Assembly: GCA_010405405.1 (NCBI GenBank)
Contig: MU004230.1
Span: forward strand, 3,010,627 to 3,074,626
DNA length: 64,000 bases
Origin: Microthyrium microscopicum
Taxonomy: Eukaryota
Direction of reading: 5' to 3'
This document shows positions 35,801 through 45,312 of this stretch, piece after piece. Below the pieces are notes generated by a model, which made no database searches, was not told the DNA's origin, and worked only from the letters and a program-made list of their open reading frames with translations. Position numbers and translations under genes: made by a program. Each line of letters starts with the position of its first letter. Within the stretch, counting starts at the first letter, position 1.

Positions 35801-38800
35801 CTGCAGAGGCAGTAAGTATCGCCGGGAAACAACTCCGTAGGCTTGAGAATCCAATGGCTCGGGGCTATCCTTCAAACTGGCTACCAGCGTGACGGTCAGT
35901 TGCTCTAATATATTGAAGAGGTCCTCAAACTGAGATGAGCAGAGCATTTGCCCGTAGCGTGCCCAAGATTTGCCAAGATCCTCTAGTTCCGTTCTCAGAA
36001 GCGACATATTCCGCAATTGAACGCAATCGCAATTGCTTACTTTTTTCAAAAGACTGTTGGTTGGCGAATTTCGAAGCAGCCCACCCCCTGTGCCTACGTA
36101 CAAGGAGATGTGATGCAAAGTCTTCGAGCCATTTGAAGACTGGGCTGAGGAGCTGGCAGATAAAATCTCTTTGGAAGGGACCCCCGAGAAGACGCTTGAG
36201 TTCGAGTAAGCTTGAGCTACCTCTGCATGCTCTTTCGAGTTTGCTGCGATTGCGAGATCGATGCGAGCACAAAGTTGACGATATTCGGATCGAAAATATG
36301 GCTCAGCAGCGACGTCAGGTTCGAGATTTGTAGCCTTGAGTCCATCTAAAGTCTCCTTCACGCGGCTAAAAAGGTCTTCAGTGTCAACCGTTAAACTAGT
36401 CTGGCGGAGAAGAGATAAAGAATTATCAAAGGCGCCACGAACTTTGATCACTTCAGATGGTTGAACAGAAGCTTTCCAGCGGATTTCATCGAACTCATCG
36501 ATCATCGACTCTAACTTTTGGAAGGATAAGAAAGTCTGAAAGTCGTGGGGAATCTGGGGTTTGAAGATGGTCCAGAGAGTTTCCATGTACCAGCCACTAG
36601 TGGTTTCTGCTGACAAGAGCTTCCTAAGGATTTGCTCCTGGTAGCTAGAGAAAGCGTCGTTGGGCTTCTTGAGCGATACCGTGTATCGAGAAAGGAGGTT
36701 ATAGAGACAACCTAAACTCAATCGAATGTTCATCTCTTGCATTGACGAAGCGGTAGTGTGAGACATAATGTACATCCAAGATACTTGAACAGCCCGGAAT
36801 ACCTGCAACTCTTGGTCCCCATGCGTGTTTGGGGCTGTCTTTGCCATAGCGCGGGTGAATTGCTCAACAGCCTGCGTTTGGGCGTGGATATAAGTCCCAA
36901 CAAGCTCAAGGAGACCATTCAATCGCTTGTTTTTGCTTTTCGGAGTCGCCGAGGAAATGAACACGCCTGAGGATTCCCATAATTGGCACTGCAAGAAAGC
37001 AATATCACCTAATGCACCAAGCCACATGGCCGTCGGTTTTGAGATTTCTCTTGATTGATAGCCAGAAGCATCATTCAGAATGTGAGCAAAAGCTCTTTCA
37101 AAAAGAAATTCTCTGACGGGATCGAAGCGGTCATACCAAACAGACGGTTGCTTTTTGAATTTGAGCAGTTGTTTAACAGACGCTACAAGGGCCGTAGAGC
37201 TGTCGCCTAGAAGTCCAGACCGAATCTGGCGTTTAAAACACTTGATCATGTCCATATCCTGGATTTGAAGATGATCAACTGCAACCTCTGCAAAGTGACC
37301 GATCTGATCGTCGGGCATGAATATCATCTGCACCGATTGCATGATTTGCGAGAATGGATATAATTTTGACTCGAGGCATAATCCAGCGGGTGAGGTGGAC
37401 CAATTTTCGTCATAATCGAGATGAATTTCTAGTGCTCGATTACGCATAGCTCGAGAAAGTTCACCATATTTTGGATCCACGGTGAGAAAAATTCTGAAAT
37501 CAGGGTGAGGTAAAATGACCTTGGCCTCTCCATTCTTGTCAGGATGTTCGCTGACGGTGAGCGTTCCATTCAGTTCAAGGAGAGAATTTAGTCGATCGAG
37601 GACGGATGAATTGCAAAGGTTTGCGTTATCCAGAACGACCCAATCTCCTTGTTCCATCGCATCTATCAAGATACCGTCCACCCATTCGAATTTGACTCGA
37701 CCTGTTTGAGCTGCCTGGTCTAAGAGCCAAGCGCCCTCTTCAATGAGTTGGCGATTATTATACCGCTCGTGAAAATTCCCATCTTGGGCCAAATCAAGAA
37801 AAGACTGCAGCTTGGGTAGATCGGTTTCAACCGATGCTAAAGAGATGTGACTCAACATAGACAGTACTTCTAACGCCAAAGTAAGCTGTGTCTCCGCGAC
37901 GATGAAGCGCTCCACTTCTATTCGCACTTTTGAGACATATCTCATCAATTGTCGAGCGGGATCAGCTTGCTCAAAGCCACCAACAAGATCCATTGCATCG
38001 GTATCTGAGTTCATGGACAAGGACACTAGTTTGACACCGCGAACTGCTGCCAAATGCTCAAGAAGAGTAGTCTTTCCAGCTCCAGATGATCCAACTAGAA
38101 TAGCAGGCCAAGCCTTCTGAATGCAGCCTATCAAGGCTTCAACAGCTGGCAAATGCTTCCTTGAAAAGCCCTGAGAAGGATTGGTAGTGGGGCTGATGAG
38201 ATTCTGACGTTTCATAGGCATTATTCCAACTTGATATTCGTGCTTGTTGAGTTTGTGATAGAATTGCCGAAGCTCTGGTGGTCCTTGGAAGGACTTCTCG
38301 AAAAGCTCTTCAACGCTATCCCGATCGGTCTGGGAACGAAACCGTCGACGAAAGACGATGTCGCAGAGGTCATAAGCAGTGCACCAGTCCAAGACAGACA
38401 CGGAAGGGTCATCGTGCTCAAAGAATTGAAGCCAACGAATAGTGTCACGTAAGTTGAATTCCCAAGGGCTTCCAAGCGCCCCAAAAGAGTGTGTGGTGCG
38501 CACTTTATTGTCCAAAGAAGAAACGAAGGAAGTCAACGATCGAATCGTACCTTCATCGACCTGTGGATAAAGTTGTTGGCAAATGATTTGAAGATCTTCA
38601 GAAGTAAACGCATCAGCATAAACGACCGTAAAGCGATTGACAAATGATGCCGGAAGCCCTTTGCGACCACCGCCCTGATGATGAGGATTTTGTGCTGCGA
38701 ATAAGCGAAAGTTCGGATGCTTTTTGAAGGTCTGGTTAAGTTCAGCCACAAATGCTTCCCCTCTATGATCTAAACAAGCGTTCAGGCCTTCTAGAACTGA

Positions 38801-41800
38801 CTGTGAAGCCAAGTTCATCTCATCAAGGAGGACCCAATCGCCGTTCTTCATTGCAGTCAAAAAAGATGCGTCTCTCCAAGCGAAAACACCGGCATCTGCA
38901 CCTTCGACCGGTACATCTGAACCGAATAGATCCATGAGATCCGTTTGCTCGGAAAGATTCATTCTGAGAATGTGCTTGCCCAGCATTTTTGCTAGCGAAG
39001 AGACAAGGGTGGTCTTTCCGACACCAGGATCACCTTCAATCAGAATTGGCTTCGGCAGTTGCAGCGCTCGAACTATACGCATTGCATTCAGGCGAGTGGT
39101 AGGTGCAAGGAAAGTAAAAGATGCGTCGTTTAGAGAAGCTGCTGCACGTGGGAGTGAGAATTCTCCAATTTTCAAGAGCTCAGGAGACATATTGAGTTCT
39201 GGTCGAGCAAAGTAGATCTCGGACAATGGCATTTGTAGAGACGCTTCAAGTTGAACCACGCACTTTTCTCTTTCTGCGGCTAAAGACGACGTAGCTATAG
39301 ACAGCAAGCCAGCTGGATTGGCCCCTAGAGTGTCGATGTAGACCATAGCCATTGCATGGAGTAACCGGTTCTGCGGCTCTGGATGTGTAGATATATTGAC
39401 AAACTCGATACATGCGAGAACATCTCGAATGGAGACTAAAGAGTTTAGGGAGGTTTTGTATGTCTGGTTGAACCAGCTGGCAAATTCTACCATGGGATCA
39501 CACAATGACGAGTTTCCAGACGACAACTTCGCTCTGGCAATATCACGAACATCACCAAGGTCTTCAATTGAGGGTACCCAAATTTCTGTGAAACGGTTTC
39601 GCAGTGCTGGAGAGAGCTCTCTTTTACCGTAATCGCCTCCTGGGTTCATCGTGGCCATGAATTGAAAGCCATCGACAGCCGCCACGAAGGAATCAATGGG
39701 ACCCTTTTCAGCGAGCAGAATTGTTCTAGCTGGCTCCAGAACACTATTCAAGCGTTCAAGGACAGAGTCATCAGCGAGTGAGATCTCATCAAGAAGAAAG
39801 AATTGGCCAGTTCTCATGGCCGTAACTAAACTTCCATCGCTCCACTGAAAAAGAGCCGACATGCTTGTGCGAAGCTCTTGGAGTTTCTGGGCATGAGTGA
39901 ATTCCGGGCCTTGCGGCAGTTGATCGTACCGAGCAAGTAAGTCATTGATTCCTTCACTTTCTTCATGCAAGTTTAGAACCTGTATGAGTAAGCTGCGCAG
40001 CTCTTCTTCGATGCTCGAACGGTTGCGGATTGGTCTCTGAGAGCCGATCAGGTCCCCAGTTTCAGTGTTCTGATGGGCATTGACTATATGCAGTGTCTTT
40101 CCAAATGCATCTGCTAGCATCTGGCATACCGTCGTCTTGCCACAGCCAGTCTCTCCGATGAGTAGAACCGGCTCGTTATTACGAAGTGCATGAGCTACAA
40201 GGACGTAGAGTCGGCGCATCGCTTTAGTCCACACAACATCCACAGACGTGTTGTTCTGCAGATACTGAGTAATCTCTGGAGATGACTCGGCAGCATAGAG
40301 AGTATCAAGATTAAGAGTCACACGTGGACCTTTCTTGCTGATGACAGATTCAATGATTTCTTTGACCTTCTGGCGCTCCTCACTCTTTCGAACACGTTCA
40401 CCCAAAAGCATGTATCCATTGATAGCAAGCTGTTCCAAAGAGTCCGCTCTTCGCAAAGCCCATCGAAACAAGTCTCGAAGGGTGGCGAAACTCTTTTGCT
40501 CGAATAATCGAGTTTCCTGCCGAATATTGCTCAGCTCTCGATACACCTCTACTATTCTTCGACTCCATGATTCCGGAATTTGCGTTCGACGATGAAGGAT
40601 ATCGCACAATTCGTCGACAGGTATATCATCAAAGTGAAGCTCCAAGAAACGATTACGGAATGCTCGTGATAGCGGTTTCCGGCCACCATATAAGCCAGCC
40701 GGATTTTGGGTTGCGAAAAGCATAAAGTCTGGATGAGGCCGGACCGTCTCTTGTGTCTCCGGTATTAGAAGTTCGCGATTGTCGTCCAGCAGTCGATTGA
40801 GCGCCTCAAGAACGTCAGAAGGTGCTAAATTCAGCTCATCGAGGACAATCCAATAGCCGTGGCGCAGAGCTTCCACCAAGATACCTTCTTGAAATTCGAG
40901 CTGGCCGTTGACATCAGAGACATAAGTTCCAAGGTACTCTTGCAAGTCAGTGTGTTCGTGGTTGTTGATTCGAACAAACTTGTTGCCAGAGATCTTAGCG
41001 AGATACTCAATCATGCTTGTCTTTCCAGAAGAAGTCGGTCCTTGTATCAGGACTGGATAACGACGACTAAACACAGCCCTTATCAGGTTGTTCAGATTAC
41101 GTTGAACAAATGGTGTGATGATATAATGAGGCTGCTTTTCCACGAAATGTTGACCTTGCCGCAACCAGAAGTGATGATGTTGAACATAATCGTGCTTATC
41201 CTGAGGTTTGTTGAATGGCTTATTGAGCTCGGCTTTGACATTGCTTTTCTTCCCAAATATGGAGTCGAGGAGTAATGGTGCAAGCAATGCTTCAGACTCC
41301 TTATCAAGGAACGTAAGAAAACTCATATTGAACCCTTCATAGATTCCTCTGCGAAGGCCACATAGATGCGCAACATCTTTAGCGAACGTCAAACTTCGAG
41401 TCAGCGTTCGTAAACTGAAATGCGGTTTCTGCCCAGCACCATCCACAAGTAGGTTACCATCGGACATCTCCTGTATTTTGATATACAGCTCAGCCACTCG
41501 GATTACGATGGTTTTGTCCATGATGCTATCGCCGAGGTACGTCTGGACTATATGCTGAAGACTTTGAAGATCTTTGTCTGGTGATTCAACATAGATTTCC
41601 GTGAAGCGTGATCGAATGCCCATTGGTAGATCGCGTTTGCCAACATCAGTGGCCGGATTCATGGCAGCGAAAACTCGGAAGCCTGGGTGTGCAACTACTC
41701 GCTCTACTTTCCCTGCTTCTGTTAAAAGTATTGAAGGCGGAGAGTTTGCTTCACCGGCAGTAAAAAGATCCGCGAGTGCTTCAAGCGTGTCAGGAGATGC

Positions 41801-44236
41801 CAGATTTATTTCATCTAGTAGCACCCAGTCTCCATTTCTGACAGCTTTGACAATGTTCCCTTCCACAAAAGTAAATGCAAAAGCCTTACTGGATCCTGAT
41901 AGTCGGATTTCCATTGCAGTGATGTCGTCCGATAGCTTCTCCCATCGAGGTCTGGTATGATCGTGATCGAGTGCTCGAGATGATGTTGCGCCGCCATTAG
42001 CTGTCTTCTGTCGTTTATTCGGGTGATGGGAATCCTTAAGTGACGAATCTTGGGTGGCCCATTTCTTTTGAACTTCAGAGATAGCGCCTCGCCAAAGCTT
42101 ACATGCTCGTTTCCATTGTTGTTTCGCGATTGACTTGTTCAGTAATTCTACAAAGTGGCTGTTGTCCTTTTGCGAAAAAGACAGATGGAAGAGCTGTTCA
42201 AATTCGTCTTGATTGCTCAGAGCTAGCCCTCGCATGTTCACAGGCTTGAAACCGCCTAATAAATCGGAACTTTCCGACTGCTGGGAAAGATTGAAAGGAA
42301 CGAGGCGTTTGCCCATGAGACTGGCAAGATGTTGGATAGTGGTGGTTTTACCCGTACCGGTTTCTCCAACAAGAAGCAACGGTTCATGGTTTGCCACAGA
42401 GGATGATACTTTCTCAAGTAGACGCAAAGTATGCGGATTTGCTGAAAAGCTAGTAGACATATGTCTATGTTTATTACGCGACTGCATGCCTGTGCCCATG
42501 CTCACTCGACCTATCTGCATAGTTTTGGAGTTGGCTCCACCGATTGTCAGTTTGATCTGACGGGCGAACAAGACATGATCTCTGCGTTGTGGACTCATTC
42601 GAATTTCTTTGGCAATGCATTCTGTGATGGCGCCAAACGCTTTTCCCGTCGGTATATAGCCAGCAAAACAATCAACAGCCTCGAGAAATAGCACATCAAG
42701 GTCTTGCTCGGTGAAGGCACTGGGATCTTTGAACAAGGCATTTACACGATGGCAAAACTTGAACAAGTCCCGAGACGTCAGAGGCCGTATGGAGCCAGAT
42801 TGAACATTGACAGTAAAAGTGCGATCTGCTGCTATTCCACGGACCTGGACATAGAGAGAAATCATATCTTGTGCCTGAGCAGCAAGGATGGGAAACTTCG
42901 CCTTGATCAATAAGAGTAGCTCGTCATCCGACATCATTTCAACTGGAACATCATGCCAGAATCTTCGTCCAATCATGCTGGAACCAAGACCTCTATCAAA
43001 TCTCGACGCGTTAGTGGACGTACGGATTGTCGCAATGATTTTGAAGCCAGGGGCGGCCTTGATGGTTTCTCCGCGTCCGGGCAGTAGCAACTCGTTCCGT
43101 TCAATGAGTGGTAGAAGAGTGCTTATCACCTCATTTGGTGCTCGATCAAGGTCTTCAATCAATACCCATCTGCCTTCCCGGACGGCAGTTGTCAGAACAC
43201 CCGCTTTCCAGACAAATGTCCCAGGTGTTGTTCCAGAGGTGTATAGACCGAGCAAAATTTTGGCATCGCTCTGTTCATTTAGATGAAGCGTTATCATGGA
43301 ATTCAGTTTGCCTAGTCGATCCGCAAGGTGCGTAACCATCGCTGTCTTCCCTGAGCCAGCAGCTCCACGGAGGAGGATAGATTGTGATTTGAGTACTGCG
43401 GAGCCAAAGACGCTCATGTTCGTACGGGTTGTGGTTGTTTCGACCCAGGTTGTAGTGGAAGCATCGCCTTTGACCTTATGTAGCTTAGGGATGAGCATGC
43501 CGGGTATCTGGACGGCGCCAACCAAGTCGAGATCTATCAGAACCCTAGCATGAGTATTCTGAGCACTGCTATCCCCAATTGTATCCCGGCTCTTACGTTC
43601 CTCTTCAATTGCCTTCTTGATATCCTCTTGTCGGCGACGCTCCCATAGAGTGAGAAACCGGTAGTCAATGCTCTTCCCTTCCCAAGTCCCCTCAACTGCA
43701 ACATCACGTTTTATGTGATCCTCCTCGTCCTTTCCGTATAGTAATCGCAGTGTGCCGTCATCTGAGGCTCGAACGTACAGAGCGAGCAGTCGTGACTTCA
43801 AGTACCGATTTTCAAAAGTGTCCAGAGGGCAGTCTAGGTCATTGGTGTCCATGAAAGCAGGAATTGTGTCGGTATGATTCAGCGATAGGCGATATAGCGC
43901 GAGTACAAATTCTTTTATGTCTTGGTCGGACCATTCTTTCCAGCGGGACAGTTGCTGAGTCTGGCGCCGAGCATATGATAGGACGTGTTCGCGTAAATAT
44001 GGGAAGAATGGAGCTACTCGACCAAGAGCAGCAACCACTTTTCGAACATCATCGTGGACAAGCCATCGCGCAACCAGTTCTGGTAGTAGTGGTTCGAGTT
44101 TCGGGAAGTGATTGTCTGTGTGCTGAGGATTGAGAAGGAATTCGGCGATTGCGGATAGAAAGACGTCGTTCGTTTGGTCGCGTGTAATATCGAGTAGTTC
44201 AGCAGGCAGACAGGCCAGCGCAAAAGAACAATCCAT
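29840..44236 (-). CDS. MDN1: Midasin, AAA+ ribosome biogenesis ATPase, ~4798 aa (first ATG at 44236), apparently intronless
   Basis: Six Walker A motifs (GAAGSGKT, GETGTGKT, GPTSSGKT, GETGCGKT, GDPGVGKT, GSSGAGKT), long linker, D/E-rich tail and C-terminal MIDAS (LDDSKSM). Confidence 0.98.
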   Translation of the reverse strand: MDCSFALACLPAELLDITRDQTNDVFLSAIAEFLLNPQHTDNHFPKLEPLLPELVARWLVHDDVRKVVAALGRVAPFFPYLREHVLSYARRQTQQLSRWKEWSDQDIKEFVLALYRLSLNHTDTIPAFMDTNDLDCPLDTFENRYLKSRLLALYVRASDDGTLRLLYGKDEEDHIKRDVAVEGTWEGKSIDYRFLTLWERRRQEDIKKAIEEERKSRDTIGDSSAQNTHARVLIDLDLVGAVQIPGMLIPKLHKVKGDASTTTWVETTTTRTNMSVFGSAVLKSQSILLRGAAGSGKTAMVTHLADRLGKLNSMITLHLNEQSDAKILLGLYTSGTTPGTFVWKAGVLTTAVREGRWVLIEDLDRAPNEVISTLLPLIERNELLLPGRGETIKAAPGFKIIATIRTSTNASRFDRGLGSSMIGRRFWHDVPVEMMSDDELLLLIKAKFPILAAQAQDMISLYVQVRGIAADRTFTVNVQSGSIRPLTSRDLFKFCHRVNALFKDPSAFTEQDLDVLFLEAVDCFAGYIPTGKAFGAITECIAKEIRMSPQRRDHVLFARQIKLTIGGANSKTMQIGRVSMGTGMQSRNKHRHMSTSFSANPHTLRLLEKVSSSVANHEPLLLVGETGTGKTTTIQHLASLMGKRLVPFNLSQQSESSDLLGGFKPVNMRGLALSNQDEFEQLFHLSFSQKDNSHFVELLNKSIAKQQWKRACKLWRGAISEVQKKWATQDSSLKDSHHPNKRQKTANGGATSSRALDHDHTRPRWEKLSDDITAMEIRLSGSSKAFAFTFVEGNIVKAVRNGDWVLLDEINLASPDTLEALADLFTAGEANSPPSILLTEAGKVERVVAHPGFRVFAAMNPATDVGKRDLPMGIRSRFTEIYVESPDKDLQSLQHIVQTYLGDSIMDKTIVIRVAELYIKIQEMSDGNLLVDGAGQKPHFSLRTLTRSLTFAKDVAHLCGLRRGIYEGFNMSFLTFLDKESEALLAPLLLDSIFGKKSNVKAELNKPFNKPQDKHDYVQHHHFWLRQGQHFVEKQPHYIITPFVQRNLNNLIRAVFSRRYPVLIQGPTSSGKTSMIEYLAKISGNKFVRINNHEHTDLQEYLGTYVSDVNGQLEFQEGILVEALRHGYWIVLDELNLAPSDVLEALNRLLDDNRELLIPETQETVRPHPDFMLFATQNPAGLYGGRKPLSRAFRNRFLELHFDDIPVDELCDILHRRTQIPESWSRRIVEVYRELSNIRQETRLFEQKSFATLRDLFRWALRRADSLEQLAINGYMLLGERVRKSEERQKVKEIIESVISKKGPRVTLNLDTLYAAESSPEITQYLQNNTSVDVVWTKAMRRLYVLVAHALRNNEPVLLIGETGCGKTTVCQMLADAFGKTLHIVNAHQNTETGDLIGSQRPIRNRSSIEEELRSLLIQVLNLHEESEGINDLLARYDQLPQGPEFTHAQKLQELRTSMSALFQWSDGSLVTAMRTGQFFLLDEISLADDSVLERLNSVLEPARTILLAEKGPIDSFVAAVDGFQFMATMNPGGDYGKRELSPALRNRFTEIWVPSIEDLGDVRDIARAKLSSGNSSLCDPMVEFASWFNQTYKTSLNSLVSIRDVLACIEFVNISTHPEPQNRLLHAMAMVYIDTLGANPAGLLSIATSSLAAEREKCVVQLEASLQMPLSEIYFARPELNMSPELLKIGEFSLPRAAASLNDASFTFLAPTTRLNAMRIVRALQLPKPILIEGDPGVGKTTLVSSLAKMLGKHILRMNLSEQTDLMDLFGSDVPVEGADAGVFAWRDASFLTAMKNGDWVLLDEMNLASQSVLEGLNACLDHRGEAFVAELNQTFKKHPNFRLFAAQNPHHQGGGRKGLPASFVNRFTVVYADAFTSEDLQIICQQLYPQVDEGTIRSLTSFVSSLDNKVRTTHSFGALGSPWEFNLRDTIRWLQFFEHDDPSVSVLDWCTAYDLCDIVFRRRFRSQTDRDSVEELFEKSFQGPPELRQFYHKLNKHEYQVGIMPMKRQNLISPTTNPSQGFSRKHLPAVEALIGCIQKAWPAILVGSSGAGKTTLLEHLAAVRGVKLVSLSMNSDTDAMDLVGGFEQADPARQLMRYVSKVRIEVERFIVAETQLTLALEVLSMLSHISLASVETDLPKLQSFLDLAQDGNFHERYNNRQLIEEGAWLLDQAAQTGRVKFEWVDGILIDAMEQGDWVVLDNANLCNSSVLDRLNSLLELNGTLTVSEHPDKNGEAKVILPHPDFRIFLTVDPKYGELSRAMRNRALEIHLDYDENWSTSPAGLCLESKLYPFSQIMQSVQMIFMPDDQIGHFAEVAVDHLQIQDMDMIKCFKRQIRSGLLGDSSTALVASVKQLLKFKKQPSVWYDRFDPVREFLFERAFAHILNDASGYQSREISKPTAMWLGALGDIAFLQCQLWESSGVFISSATPKSKNKRLNGLLELVGTYIHAQTQAVEQFTRAMAKTAPNTHGDQELQVFRAVQVSWMYIMSHTTASSMQEMNIRLSLGCLYNLLSRYTVSLKKPNDAFSSYQEQILRKLLSAETTSGWYMETLWTIFKPQIPHDFQTFLSFQKLESMIDEFDEIRWKASVQPSEVIKVRGAFDNSLSLLRQTSLTVDTEDLFSRVKETLDGLKATNLEPDVAAEPYFRSEYRQLCARIDLAIAANSKEHAEVAQAYSNSSVFSGVPSKEILSASSSAQSSNGSKTLHHISLYVGTGGGLLRNSPTNSLLKKVSNCDCVQLRNMSLLRTELEDLGKSWARYGQMLCSSQFEDLFNILEQLTVTLVASLKDSPEPLDSQAYGVVSRRYLLPLQTYLRSPKDESISGLGQAYISLAIAHLLCYVPNALVDPLAKKHVEKDMRWYAQQYWQNRKEAFQQYQKTFSGQEVSLRSAQISSLIADMGTVEPPELDGVAQRPSISQIEQIQEEFNHVLRIVGVLVARIERHEELLDSSTVPNLLQIIQKLQHQFKAYNDITQPLIGFLHLLIIGLTLYGGSYPLSLGIATSTFSFHNLVFQPISNAPESLQELRRLATVRKVDHSIDKSDTLTTQNILDNFYYKWKTSIQEAQEENVKNSNLYTFRGSYSDDEEAQEQEFEELFPSEDKLDSKRKVTNADRMRNLSVEIHDLHARIFCSSAQDTSLLAYLQKLEGLDQNALSVQSLPLLYVGIQNQLRRVSAISPEHGTYNIYKDENIKEALSLIVHVRKIQTRFRELQTTWPEQATLGDVLRICSEVLDFSHVEPVVKFMTKCEKLHEAIYEWQKVASKEYSAETLYDELTNLLVHWRQLELSTWLKLLDLEVENCVNDAKSWWFVAYESIIAASESLDALGENVQDHALQMVRTLEKFLESTSIGQFHARLDLLSAFIADLRHREGEKSQLGVIRAALANFVAFYNRFRAPVNDLLHKERARMEKDVKEVVQLASWKDTNIDALRQSAKSSHRKLFKVVRKFRALLRQSCSSILAKEPSESVEQNTLIVTEKIQAQSSSLATEAQTTFEQHFADWLEVPSRFRNIDSTVKLMVEIYSEGSDEAQDGSEYLIDFLSQLKDSMAELQKATPGKLSDETKDAVKALKNRKRALFADTLKLLRRMGLQSNLSSDTLARQDSRARLITMTPAWQDEKEATSDVYFHRLLTLMPQVRDVPHEHSSDLTSAEVNRSIGYLEGLLQQVISQRTNLIQVSSELATFDSELQVMLNVANAGYQLYPGGQGSRRKLETSLKTMRRVSYACQVVVTTINAQASLGGLEAAAAISGLEKWSKSCLEMSDKIVNLPNLPSAITSDDEKQILEDCLSMMAQLRENAEEWKAEFPFIVPSLTQLEPFMSSEDIYSNGVHAAQSYGVVEFRKDLFRMIDAVLATIQEVEKSQAALPSSNEVPSWFVAEEKSRMMNFRCLRIQAQFSNLKSLLDRLHHIQQQDLQAAVQLVASVTPIIRQYNCIAQNCIDKYSNLHQATSRLAYTLAKTFVNLAKNGFCTPPDKNAGAEAGTEKLEDGTGLGDGEGAEDISKDIGDDEDLTELAEQEQENKENKDMDDEQDAVDMADADMQGQTDDVEDQEKDGEGSGDENDDEEMDEEVGDVDDLGPSAVDEKMWDSGEKTEKEKEGKDGKGVQEEEQVAAEEQHDKDNAKEDASSPEAAADEPEGMTQEHEEAADPHMDEGETLDLPDDMDIDQQSQAGSMNESMDGLSDLGEDEAPADEDGNDDDYKSLDEEQPQVDDVEMDDAPADSEDVGSNADDEAEVGTEGEKDEGIDEPQPELEPEPALHAPDTDAGAEDVVPNDQQGAGVQANDEEKQESSDFNSASKATQGTESENTGQSADATGGKGTDEESGTMDAVGRKEESQRSGSEPFKKLGDVLQKWYNQQRQIHAPEEEQNARPEQTDVDMTDADFEHLPDDTADGEAQALGVATQEQASALDQEQAVPVDDQEVAQPLEDDLDMDATEDAPKDADNTHSSAPAVGQTNAFVGQQKNLEEQLNGHDAMDGDEFAEEIDLDIDSINIGTPEEYSEQSTEPAGALWAKHEASTRTLSATLTEQLRLILAPTLATKLRGDFRTGKRLNIKRIIPYIASSYKRDKIWMRRSVPSKRSYQIMLALDDSKSMADSDEKDQNKVDLAFQTLALIAKSLSVLEAGDLCFLSFGQDANIAHPFGTPFTENAGANLFQSFSFQQDKTDIRRLVHKAIDLFRTARNNSHGATADLWQLMLIISDGVCEEHETITRLVRQAQDERIMIVFVIVDQLNSESKTQSIMDLQTAEFTADDTGEMKVTRKKYMDTFPFRWWLVVRDVSELPIVLSAALRQWFSEVVETGS

Positions 44237-44480
44237 AGTGCACTCGCTCAGCCTTTTTTTCAAAGCTTGAAAAGTTGTACTTGAAGTCGAACTTTTTGGT
44301 GGGGAGCTCTGAGATCAATCTCAAAAAAAAATATCCCCAAAGGTTGGAGGCGGAAAACGTCCGATTGGCTGTCGCGAACGCTTTGACCATCGAATTTTCT
44401 CACCACCAGAAGCATCACGCATCCTTGATGCTAGGTAACAGGACAAGCTTCAAGTCCCATTGCGAGTCCAATTGTACACC

Positions 44481-45105
44481 ATGTCTACCGCAGCGCCCTC
44501 ATTAATACGATCCTGCTCTCGAGCTCTACGCTCCTCTACGCTCCGGCAACGCACATCTCCCCTCTACCTCTCGCGCCGATGGCAGACAGCGGCCGCCGCA
44601 AACCCAAAGATCGACTCAATCGTTGATGAAATCAGCAAACTCACACTCCTCGAGACCGCCGACTTGGTGTCAACGCTCAAAGTAAGCTATACCTTGTCCA
44701 GCTGAAGCCAACAGTCTACTCAATGATACCTTTTTACCACCAGCTCGTACTCCAATGCTAACATAACCTTCCCAGTCTCGATTAAACATCCCCGACATGC
44801 CCATGGGCGGCTTCATGGCCGCCGGTCCCGGAGCCGCCGCCCCAGCCGCCGCCGAACCCGAAGAAGAAGAAGCGCCCGTCAAGCAAGCCAAGACACTCTT
44901 CGTCCTCAAGCTACAGTCCTTCGAAACCGGCTCCAAGCCCAAAGTCATCAAGGAGATCAAGAGCATGCTTGGCCTAAGTTTGGTCGATAGCAAGAAGTTT
45001 GTGGAGAGTGCGCCAAAGACAATGAAAGAGGGTGTACCCAAAGACGAGGCAGAGAAGATTATGGAGGCTATGAAGGCGCTAGGCGCGGTGGTCACCATGG
45101 AGTAG
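44481..45105 (+). CDS. MNP1: Mitochondrial ribosomal protein bL12 (L7/L12); 2 exons (44481-44681, 44776-45105), ~176 aa
   Basis: Arg/Ser-rich presequence, IVDEISKLTLLETADLV and KVIKEIKSMLGLSLVDSKKFVESAPK. Confidence 0.94.
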
Positions 45106-45312
45106 AAATACACTTGCATAAAGCGAGCAGCGAGATATTGTATCATATGTATATGGAAACGCAGCATTCTAGGTGTTGGATTAAGTTAGATATTCTGTAT
45201 TATTTTCCACCGAATTACCACTGAATACACGGGTTGCCTCCACTCGCACCTTCAGCACTTGATCTTCGCGCTATAAGGTATCAACACGCTCAAGCTCTCC
45301 ATCCTCTGATCC

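Noticed and set aside
37040..37120. Possible in-frame intron within midasin
   Set aside because: AT-rich with a weak donor, but no well-placed branch/acceptor pair, and the frame is open anyway.
44237..44263. ORF-track start of midasin (MKKRLSECT)
   Set aside because: TTG start from the ORF caller; the first ATG is at 44236.
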